This document shows positions 56,325 to 64,000 of a DNA stretch of 64,000 bases, piece after piece (positions within the stretch are counted from its first letter, which is position 1; each line of letters opens with the position of its first letter). The notes beneath the pieces are model-generated. The model saw only the letters and a list, made by a program, of their open reading frames with translations. It was not told where the DNA came from and made no database searches. Origin of the DNA: an uncultured Methanoregulaceae archaeon (GTDB lineage: Archaea; Halobacteriota; Methanomicrobia; Methanomicrobiales; Methanospirillaceae); NCBI GenBank assembly GCA_963701095.1, contig OY969564.1:2176001-2240000 (forward strand), read 5' to 3'. The position numbers and the translations under genes are program-made.

Positions 56325-57544
56325 ACGAACAGGTTGAAAAGATCCTCGCTTATGGGGATTGCTGTGATCACTGCCTCGGCCGGTTTTTCGGGAAGCGGTC
56401 CCATGGTCTCGGCAATGATGAACGGGGAAAGGGGCTCCGGGTTGCCCATGCTCTTGCGGCAAACCAACCCTATATTCCTATATCCACCTGTTGGATCTGC
56501 GGAAACTTCTTCGAAGATATAACCGGATGGGCGCATAAGGTCTCCCGAGCACTGGAATGTTACGAATACGCGACGTTCCTTGTAGGGTGCAGGGTGCCCC
56601 CGCTTATTGCTGAGAACGAAGAGATGGTCTGGAGCGACCTTTCCCTGAGCGATCCTGAGCCCTTTAAGTCTGAAGTTAACAGGGAAGTGGGAAAGGCGGT
56701 TTCTGCGATCACGGGAAAGGTTGTGGATTTCAAAAAACCTGATGTTATTGTTCTTCTCGATCCATCTACCGATACTGTGGAAGTCCAGATAAATTCCCTT
56801 TTCTTTTATGGCAGGTACCAGAAATTCGAGCGCGGTATACCGCAGACCCACTGGAACTGCCGGACCTGTAAGGGGGCAGGTTGCGAAAAGTGCAATTATA
56901 CCGGCAAGCAGTATCTGGATTCCGTGGAAGAACTTATCGGCAGGCCTGCAATAGAGGCATTTGACGCCGATGATGCTGTCCTTCACGGGGCAGGCAGGGA
57001 AGATATCGATGCACGTATGATCGGTACTGGCCGGCCTTTCATTCTTGAAATAGTTGCCCCGAAAAAACGTTCAGTTGATCTGAAATCTCTTGAAGCAGAG
57101 ATAAACCGAACCGCAGATGGCCGGGTAGCGGTTACCCTTTCACACTGGAGCAACCGGTCTGATGTGGAAACCCTTAAATCAAGTAAAGCGCATAAAAAAT
57201 ACAGGATCCTGGTCGAGGTCGATGGGCAGGTACCGGCAGAAATGCTGGCAAATGCCCTGAATACCTTAAAGGGCGTCACAATACAGCAGCGCACGCCCGA
57301 ACGGGTCGCCCACCGGAGAGCAGACAAAATCCGGGAGCGTAAAGTCCTCGATATTGAGTGTGTAGGGGAACAGGATGGACAGTTTATCCTAGAAATCCTT
57401 GGCGAAGCCGGCCTCTACATCAAGGAACTCATATCAGGAGATAAGGGAAGGACCACCCCGAGTCTTGCCGAGATCCTGCAGCAAGCGGCGCACGTCACCA
57501 GCCTTGATGTCGTGCATGTTGAAGGACCAAAGGAGGGAGATTAA
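56315..57544 (+). CDS. pus10: tRNA pseudouridine 54/55 synthase Pus10
   Basis: RGIPQT, HGAGREDIDARM, GLYIKELISGD.GRT.PS. Confidence 0.96.
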   Translation: MEINEQVEKILAYGDCCDHCLGRFFGKRSHGLGNDERGKGLRVAHALAANQPYIPISTCWICGNFFEDITGWAHKVSRALECYEYATFLVGCRVPPLIAENEEMVWSDLSLSDPEPFKSEVNREVGKAVSAITGKVVDFKKPDVIVLLDPSTDTVEVQINSLFFYGRYQKFERGIPQTHWNCRTCKGAGCEKCNYTGKQYLDSVEELIGRPAIEAFDADDAVLHGAGREDIDARMIGTGRPFILEIVAPKKRSVDLKSLEAEINRTADGRVAVTLSHWSNRSDVETLKSSKAHKKYRILVEVDGQVPAEMLANALNTLKGVTIQQRTPERVAHRRADKIRERKVLDIECVGEQDGQFILEILGEAGLYIKELISGDKGRTTPSLAEILQQAAHVTSLDVVHVEGPKEGD

Positions 57545-57546
57545 CA

Positions 57547-57837
57547 ATGGCACACCACAATGGACCAAGAAAGAAAACACGGTATAAATTCAAGAAAGAT
57601 TTGAGACAACGCGGGCTGCCGCCGGTTACCTCCGTCATCCAGCAGTTCGAGATTGGCGCGAAAGTTCACATCGTCGTGAATCCAAGCATCCAGAAAGGTA
57701 TGCCGCACCGCCGTTTCCACGGGCTTACGGGCACGGTTCTCGGCAAACGCGGGCGGGCATGGATGCTCTCCATTAAAGACGGCAATGCGGAAAAGACGGT
57801 CATTGCACGACCGCAACATCTAAAAGCACAAAAGTAA
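57547..57837 (+). CDS. rpl21e: 50S ribosomal protein L21e
   Basis: KGMPHRRFHG.TG, RPQHLK. Confidence 0.97.
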   Translation: MAHHNGPRKKTRYKFKKDLRQRGLPPVTSVIQQFEIGAKVHIVVNPSIQKGMPHRRFHGLTGTVLGKRGRAWMLSIKDGNAEKTVIARPQHLKAQK

Positions 57838-57858
57838 ACTCATTGACAGGTGATTGGC

Positions 57859-58209
57859 ATGAAAGTGAAGGGTATTATTAGCGAAGAAAAGGTTACGCTC
57901 CCTGAACTCCGCTCAACTCTTATGGGCGTGGAATCAGAGAGAATCGCTGCCGAAAAGGAGTTGTCCTATGAATTCAGGCGCAGTATGGATCATGCCAACC
58001 ATCTTGCCAAGACCACACCTGATAAATCCAAAGAACTCGTGGATAAACTCCTGAAACTCGAGAAAATGAAGCCGGAAATCGCATACCGGATAGCAAATAT
58101 CATGCCCAAGAGCCGGGATGAAGTACGGGCGATTTTTGCAAAAGAGCGCTTCACCCTTTCTCCCGAAGAGATTGATTCTATCATCGATCTGGTCATGGCT
58201 CACTTCTGA
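57859..58209 (+). CDS. rpo4: RNA polymerase subunit F (Rpo4)
   Basis: LSYE, IANIMP..DEVRAIFAKE; synteny after rpl21e. Confidence 0.92.
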   Translation: MKVKGIISEEKVTLPELRSTLMGVESERIAAEKELSYEFRRSMDHANHLAKTTPDKSKELVDKLLKLEKMKPEIAYRIANIMPKSRDEVRAIFAKERFTLSPEEIDSIIDLVMAHF

Positions 58210-58219
58210 GGTGCAGATC

Positions 58220-58783
58220 ATGAAGATCGAGAAAAAAGAGGTCAACGCGATTATACTGGATGTGCTCATGAAAGGGCACGCTGAGGATCCCCGGCCACAG
58301 TTCAAACGTGAACCTTTAGTTCAGGCGATGGGTGTTGAGCAGTTCAAACTCCTCGAAATGATCCCCAAATCCGGCGTTGTCATCAACCTTCACGATAAAG
58401 TATACATCGGGGATTCCGAGCGAGACAAAATCGAACGGGTCAAGCGCCGGATAAGCTACGAGGAGCTGACCCAGACTGCCCGGGGAGAACTGCCTTTTAT
58501 GATTGAACAGGTCGTAAAAGAGCGGGAGCAGGACTTTGTCACGTTCTTTAACAAGGCTATATCAATCACCCCCAAACTCCACATGCTTCATCTACTGCCT
58601 GGCATAGGGAAGAAACTGATGTGGGAGGTGCTTGAAGCCCGGAACAAGAAACCCTTTGAAAGTTTCGCTGACATTTCTGCCCGGATCAAATCGATACCGC
58701 ACCCGGAGAAAATGATCCAGGCAAGAATCCTTGAAGAGCTTCAGGATAAGGAAGTAAAATATCACCTCTTCACGACAAAATGA
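58220..58783 (+). CDS. DUF655 predicted RNA-binding protein
   Basis: FKLLE, LHLLPGIGKK (HhH), KPFESF. Confidence 0.92.
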   Translation: MKIEKKEVNAIILDVLMKGHAEDPRPQFKREPLVQAMGVEQFKLLEMIPKSGVVINLHDKVYIGDSERDKIERVKRRISYEELTQTARGELPFMIEQVVKEREQDFVTFFNKAISITPKLHMLHLLPGIGKKLMWEVLEARNKKPFESFADISARIKSIPHPEKMIQARILEELQDKEVKYHLFTTK

Positions 58784-59544
58784 AAGCCTATCACGATCAG
58801 CACTTCCTTATCGATAAGAATGCCGTCAACCGGATTGCGGATCTTGTCGATGTTAAAGGTAAGGAGGTCCTGGAGGTTGGGCCGGGAAACGGAGCCCTGA
58901 CCCGGGCTCTCATCGAACGCAGCGCCATTGTCCATGCAATAGAGCTCGATGGACAACTGTGCGAAGGGCTCGCCGAGACTTTTGCGAAAGAAATAGAAGA
59001 CGGGGCACTCACGGTTACGCACGGCGATGCTACCCGGTGCGATCTTCCCCCTTTTGAGATAGTAGTATCCAACCTCCCCTACTCAGTCTCTTCGAAAATA
59101 ACCTTTCGTCTTCTCGATGCCGGGTTTACCGTCGGCGTCCTGATGTACCAGGAGGAGTTTGCCCGGCGGATGGCTGCCCCGGCTGGTACAAAGGAATGCG
59201 GACGGCTCTCGATAATGGTCCAGACGTATGCAACCGTGCAGCAGTGCTTTACGCTTCCCCCCAGCTGTTTCTCACCAAAGCCACAGGTGCATTCGATGGT
59301 TGTGAAGATTACCCCCCGGCCGCCCATTTTTGGTGTAAACGACAAGAAAAAGTATGCGGACGTAGTACGTGCACTTTTCACCCACCGGAGAAAGACAGTA
59401 AAAAACGGTCTGAAAGGATCGTCAGGGATCCTGAACCGGGACTGGGCGGAGATGGCTATTGCTGCGCTTCCTGAAGAGATCCTCAAAAGCCTGCCGGAAG
59501 AATTATACCTCGAAGATTTCTCAACGATAGCGAATCTCGAGTAG
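58780..59544 (+). CDS. rsmA: 16S rRNA dimethyladenosine transferase
   Basis: QHFLID, LEVGPG.G.LT, NLPYSVSS, F.PKP.V.S. Confidence 0.96.
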   Translation: MKAYHDQHFLIDKNAVNRIADLVDVKGKEVLEVGPGNGALTRALIERSAIVHAIELDGQLCEGLAETFAKEIEDGALTVTHGDATRCDLPPFEIVVSNLPYSVSSKITFRLLDAGFTVGVLMYQEEFARRMAAPAGTKECGRLSIMVQTYATVQQCFTLPPSCFSPKPQVHSMVVKITPRPPIFGVNDKKKYADVVRALFTHRRKTVKNGLKGSSGILNRDWAEMAIAALPEEILKSLPEELYLEDFSTIANLE

Positions 59545-59923
59545 TACGAGTCTGTAAAGTCTGCATGCGGCAATATATTTTCCTCATTAAAGGCTTAATA
59601 TAACCCCCCGCAAACTTGACAGAGCTATAAAAAATATGACTTAAATACTAAGGGTTGATCGGGTACTCTCGCATAGCACAGGTGAGGATCTCATTTTCGA
59701 TACGCGTATCGAATCAACCGCAAGAGGCGGCCGGGCTGTATTGCGTAAATATTTTCCCTGAGTGTCCGGATTCGCAAAATGACGTATTTACTTACAGATC
59801 TTGCTACAAGAAAGGAAGTATTTAGCAAGCCTGACGCGATGATAGCTCATTCTTATTGGTATAAACGATATTTTATATCGTGATAATTTTGAAAAATAGT
59901 ACCGCGGGAGGAGGGTAACTGAA

Positions 59924-60676
59924 GTGGATCTCGCATTATTTTTCCAGGAGCAGGGCGTCGATGTTTTCTCGGAAGTCAGTATCGATACCCTCTCAGATAA
60001 AGACCGGTCATTCGTAGTGCAATTTTTTCCGGGCGCCCGTTTCGTGATCGTTTTCGGGAAGGAAGTTCCGGCGACGATATACCTTATGATGCCCAAGGAG
60101 AAAACACAGGGGATGCTCCGGATTGCTGAGGAACTTAATAAAACTGCTGTCAGGCTTGCTGCCTGCATGGAATCTGAACATATTCCGGCCCTGCCGGTAC
60201 CGTTGTACCTGCCTATCAGAGTGACTGATGGGAGCGTGCAGGGAGTTGTGCGGTTAAAACAGGTGGCAGCAGCCGGCGGCCTCGGATCACTTGGCAGGAG
60301 TACCGTTCTCCTCTCGCCGAAGTTCGGCCCGAGGCTGATGCTGAGTGGTGTCGTAACCGGGCACACTGCCTGCGAATCCGGTCAAGCACAAGGGAGTGCC
60401 CAGAGAGAAGATGTCCCAGCCTGCGTAGAATGCGGACAGTGCGTCAGTATGTGCCCGGAAGGAGCATTGGGGCCGGCAGGTTGCGACGCTTTCAGGTGCC
60501 GGATCGTTCATGCCTGGATTCCATCCGTTTTGGTTCCGGCCACAAAATGGATGTTGGCACGGAGGATATTTTTGAAATGCATGGCCCCATTTGCGCCCTG
60601 GATCGCACGGACAGCCACGATCCGTTGTAGTCTCTGTGTCACAAAATGCCCGAAATTTCTAGAGATAACTGGATAG
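59924..60676 (+). CDS. QueG/reductive-dehalogenase-like 4Fe-4S protein
   Basis: KQVAAAGGLG.LG, PKFGPRL, CVECGQCVSMCP, CSLCVTKCP. Confidence 0.8.
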   Translation: MDLALFFQEQGVDVFSEVSIDTLSDKDRSFVVQFFPGARFVIVFGKEVPATIYLMMPKEKTQGMLRIAEELNKTAVRLAACMESEHIPALPVPLYLPIRVTDGSVQGVVRLKQVAAAGGLGSLGRSTVLLSPKFGPRLMLSGVVTGHTACESGQAQGSAQREDVPACVECGQCVSMCPEGALGPAGCDAFRCRIVHAWIPSVLVPATKWMLARRIFLKCMAPFAPWIARTATIRCSLCVTKCPKFLEITG

Positions 60677-61076
60677 GAAATAAGATTTACCCTCTTTTGT
60701 ATGAAAAAGAATCGCACGTTTCCTAATTGACGTGAGGATTTAACCCTTCACCTCCCCTACCCGGTACCAAAACCAAATACGGTTTTGTCAAGTCTTCGGT
60801 AGTTTGTAATTTTTCTTCGCCATATTAAAAGTTTGAACTGCCGATAACATGACAGAACCCGACCATATTAAGGCATATAGCCAGTCCCTCTACAAGGGCA
60901 AGGAGGACATTCAAAATATGTAAGTTATACTTCATGTGCGTCATGCTATCTTCCCATAACAGTATACATCCTGAGAAAAGGCAGAGATTACACAAGAGGA
61001 CTGAAACCTCCTCTTTTCCCTCTATAAATCTCTAACAGGTTTTTGACAAATAATCAAAAAAGGCATACAGAACCTC

Positions 61077-62774
61077 TTATTCAATCTTAAGTTTCTCAGG
61101 GAGGAACGATTGCATCAGCTGTTCTATGTGGCCATAGGTCTTCTTGTGATCAACATAGATCCTGAAGGAGCCACCATTCCCTACTGTGATATGCAGGTGC
61201 CCGGAGAGCAGAACCGGTTTTTTCAGATCAATTTTCGTTATCTGGTATTTCTCGGCTTCAAAGATCTTCAGTTTCTCGAGATCTTCGATAGATTTCTGGC
61301 GTATATCCACGGTCGACCCAAAGAGTTCTTCAACCATGAACGTCCTGAACTGGACCCCCTGGCCGGTCTCGACATCAAGAGCGGGGTCGCGGATAACAAT
61401 GAGCCGCTTATTGGTGACATACACGCCGTACCCCCCGGATGATGAACCAATGGCCCCGGCTATGGCACCACCAAGTCCTTCTCCGGAAATTTTGAGCGAA
61501 AGACTCGATATACCCCCAATGTACTCTTCCTTTTCGGGGCCACCCTGCGGGGGTTCGCCAATAGTAACTGCTTCGATGGCTGCGATAAGCGTGCCGTTTG
61601 CATCGAAAACGGGGGAGCCCTTACCCCATAACAACAGCGGTTTCCCCTTAATAATGACATGTTCCATGTCACCGATATAGGCATCCCCGACTTTCTTGAC
61701 CCCGGCACCCGACGTCTTTGACGGCCGGATAATATGATCGATAAGCATCGGGACCGCTTTTCCATAAAAGGGGACGGCATATGCACCGTCTCCTTTGCCA
61801 ATCATCGCTGAGTGAGGAATGCCCGTCAGCTCCTCGAGCCCGCGGTTCCAGGCAATAATAATACCATTCCTGTCAACGGCAAAGACAGGCGTGTCGACGG
61901 ACTGGATGTTCTCCACAAGACCGCTCCACTGGACTTTTTCTGATGCAGGTGCCGGTGGCGTTACCGGAACCTGTGCACCTTCTGTCACAGGTTCCGGGCG
62001 GCCGATACGGACCAATCCTTCGGTGCTCCTGCCGGAGATCTGATATTCCGTGACCACACTACCGGTAAAAAGCCCGTGGTACTTCAATTGTAAAAGAGCA
62101 GATTTTCCATCAGGTCCCGCCATATGATGTTCTATAAGGACATCGGGCTGTGCAGCGGAAAGCTTCTGCAGGCCGAGGAGGACGCCCTTCTGCTCGTTCT
62201 CCGGGATAAAAGAAAAGAAATTACTTACCGGCATATCGGCAGGAGATAATCCAAAGAAACTGAGACCTGCTTCGTTTGCGAAACGAAACATGCCCTCAGG
62301 ATCAACACGACAGATGATATCATGTACGTTCTCAACAATCGACTGATAGTACCGGTTCTGTTCCGGCACGACACTTTCGGTACTCCGCTGAGAGACGGTA
62401 TTTCGTATAAAATCGACAAGCTTGACAAAGCCCTCGGCCGGGTTTACGCCTTTCTGGAAATAATAGTCAGCGCCGGCATTTACCGAATCGATAGCAATGC
62501 TCGCAAGCCGTTTAGCAGTCATCATCACAAAAGGAGTCTTGTAGCCACGTCTACGGATCTCCCGAAGCAGTGTAAGGCCATCCATTTCCGGCATGGAATA
62601 GTCCGCAACGATGACATCAAAATGAGTGGATTCGATACGCCGCAACGCCTCTTTTGCGCTGGAGACTGAAACGATGGAAAACTCATCCTCTCGTCCAAGT
62701 CTTTGCGAAAAGGCGTCAAGGAAGAGCGGCTCGTCATCGACACATAAGATGGATATCGTATCGGCTTTTTGCAT
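61077..62774 (-). CDS. REC-PAS-PAS protein with an unknown (PH-like?) C-terminal domain
   Basis: VDDE, DYSMPEMDG; PAS motifs; no HisKA or HATPase motifs. Confidence 0.82.
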   Translation of the reverse strand: MQKADTISILCVDDEPLFLDAFSQRLGREDEFSIVSVSSAKEALRRIESTHFDVIVADYSMPEMDGLTLLREIRRRGYKTPFVMMTAKRLASIAIDSVNAGADYYFQKGVNPAEGFVKLVDFIRNTVSQRSTESVVPEQNRYYQSIVENVHDIICRVDPEGMFRFANEAGLSFFGLSPADMPVSNFFSFIPENEQKGVLLGLQKLSAAQPDVLIEHHMAGPDGKSALLQLKYHGLFTGSVVTEYQISGRSTEGLVRIGRPEPVTEGAQVPVTPPAPASEKVQWSGLVENIQSVDTPVFAVDRNGIIIAWNRGLEELTGIPHSAMIGKGDGAYAVPFYGKAVPMLIDHIIRPSKTSGAGVKKVGDAYIGDMEHVIIKGKPLLLWGKGSPVFDANGTLIAAIEAVTIGEPPQGGPEKEEYIGGISSLSLKISGEGLGGAIAGAIGSSSGGYGVYVTNKRLIVIRDPALDVETGQGVQFRTFMVEELFGSTVDIRQKSIEDLEKLKIFEAEKYQITKIDLKKPVLLSGHLHITVGNGGSFRIYVDHKKTYGHIEQLMQSFLPEKLKIE

Positions 62775-62979
62775 CCGGTTTCCCTCAAAGTTCGATGTAA
62801 TTTCTATTTCGAGAGGTAAAATAGATTGTGAATTATATGGGGGCTTTTCAGGTTCTTTGCGTTTACCGCATCCAAAGAATTTGTCTCAATCTTATCTTGC
62901 ATAATGCCTATTTTGAACAAAAGCAACTTTGACAACAAGGAAATGGCTGTTGTTTTTGTGAAATGGGAAAAAAGGGAAT

Positions 62980-63303
62980 TTACAGGTCGATGAACACTTC
63001 TCCTTTTTCAAGAGTGACGTGGAACGAAGGTTCAGAGTTCTTCGCCGGGCCATGTACTGCTTCACCGGTTTTGATACTGAACTTGGATCCATGACAGGGA
63101 CACCGCACGATTTCACCTTCGAGTTTCCCTCCTGATAACCTGCACCCGTTATGGGTGCATACGTTACCGATGGCAAAAAATTGGTCACCAACTTTTGCAA
63201 TGAGAATCTGTTTGTCGTCGATTGTTACACCATGAAGCGGTGCATTTGCCAGATCGCTCACTTTGCCGATTGACTTTTTCACTGTCTTTTGCATAGGACT
63301 CAC
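62980..63303 (-). CDS. Rieske [2Fe-2S] ferredoxin
   Basis: CTH and CPCHGSKF motifs; start GTG 63303 or ATG 63294. Confidence 0.92.
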   Translation of the reverse strand: MSPMQKTVKKSIGKVSDLANAPLHGVTIDDKQILIAKVGDQFFAIGNVCTHNGCRLSGGKLEGEIVRCPCHGSKFSIKTGEAVHGPAKNSEPSFHVTLEKGEVFIDL

Positions 63304-63545
63304 GTTTCCTTTGCGATTAACGTGCACATCCTGCAATAAAATATATAAAAGTATTTTTACTGCTCTTTTTTGTGTCTGACGAAATGTATGCAGGTGAGTA
63401 TGTCAAGGGTATGGATAGCGGTGCTAGTTCCGGGAGGGAGAATTTGTCACCGGAGTGAGAAAGGATACATCAGGATAAAAAGTATACTATCACACACGTT
63501 TGTCCCTATCGCATGCTTCATTATTCCAGATGCCCATTTCGTTGT

Positions 63546-64000
63546 ATGAATACCCGGTTAGTGATCACTGTACTCATAGCCGCTCTTGCAGTGATCGTTA
63601 TTCTGGCCTTGGTTTTTTTCGGCCCTTTTCAGGGAATGGCACAAAATGCCAAACCGACATCCATTGCTGAAGTACGTTCATTCCAGGGACAGGATCTTTC
63701 GTCTATCAATGATTTTCGGGAGAATGCGATCAATGGCGTTCAGCATGTCAATATCTCCACATACCAGCTGACTGTTACAGGCCTGACCAACCGGACCGTT
63801 ACCTATTCCTATAACCAGGTCCTCACACAATTCCCGCATTATTCCAAGGTTGAGACCCTCCACTGCGTGGAAGGCTGGGATGTTACTATCCTGTGGCAGG
63901 GAGTCCGCGTGCGGGATCTTCTTAATGATGCTGGCATCGATCCCCGGGCAAATACGGTCGTCTTCACCGGTTCTGACGGTTATACAACTTCGTTTCCGCT
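63546..64000 (+). CDS. membrane-anchored molybdopterin-dependent oxidoreductase (sulfite oxidase/MsrP family), 3'-truncated by the window
   Basis: Manual translation: N-terminal TM, LTVTGL, LHCVEGW, WQGVRVRDLL, DGYTTS. Confidence 0.88.
   Translation, partial: MNTRLVITVLIAALAVIVILALVFFGPFQGMAQNAKPTSIAEVRSFQGQDLSSINDFRENAINGVQHVNISTYQLTVTGLTNRTVTYSYNQVLTQFPHYSKVETLHCVEGWDVTILWQGVRVRDLLNDAGIDPRANTVVFTGSDGYTTSFP

Noticed and set aside
56267..56986. Long antisense or alternate-frame ORFs (this 239-aa one, 53206..53814, 59788..60366 and others)
   Set aside because: They shadow well-supported genes and have no recognisable motifs
60680..61076. MITE or IS remnant (TTTGTCAA...TTGACAAA)
   Set aside because: Only an 8-bp inverted match, with no target duplication or transposase fragment

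Overview
Chromosomal window of a methanogenic archaeon, most likely Methanomicrobiales (Methanoregula-like; inferred from gene content and order). Most of it is housekeeping: the end of the rpoA1-rpoA2-rpl30e-nusA operon, tRNA-Arg(TCT), leuS, a PINA ATPase, the pst/phoU operon, hisI, aIF1, cobQ, xseAB, purN, and the conserved rpp21-rps19e-rpl39e-rpl31e-aIF6-rpl18a...pfdA-ftsY-srp54-trmY-pus10-rpl21e-rpo4-rsmA superoperon. The most interesting region is about 18.2-30.7 kb. There a type IV pilus-like core (A24 prepilin peptidase, secretion ATPase, two TadC/PilC proteins) surrounds a MinD, three Roadblock/LC7-like proteins, three DUF2226/PATAN-like domains, a tandem V4R protein and a REC-PAS regulator. 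This is a candidate filament positioning or polarity system with no MglA GTPase and no pilin in the window. A 7.8 kb block (sensor kinase, MFS transporter, amino-acid antiporter, PLP decarboxylase) interrupts the ribosomal superoperon. At least seven apparent single-base frameshifts, one in essential rpoA1, look like sequencing errors; four sit in or beside AGCT or GTAC sites. No CRISPR array, rRNA or intact mobile element was seen. All family assignments come from motif recognition, not database searches.
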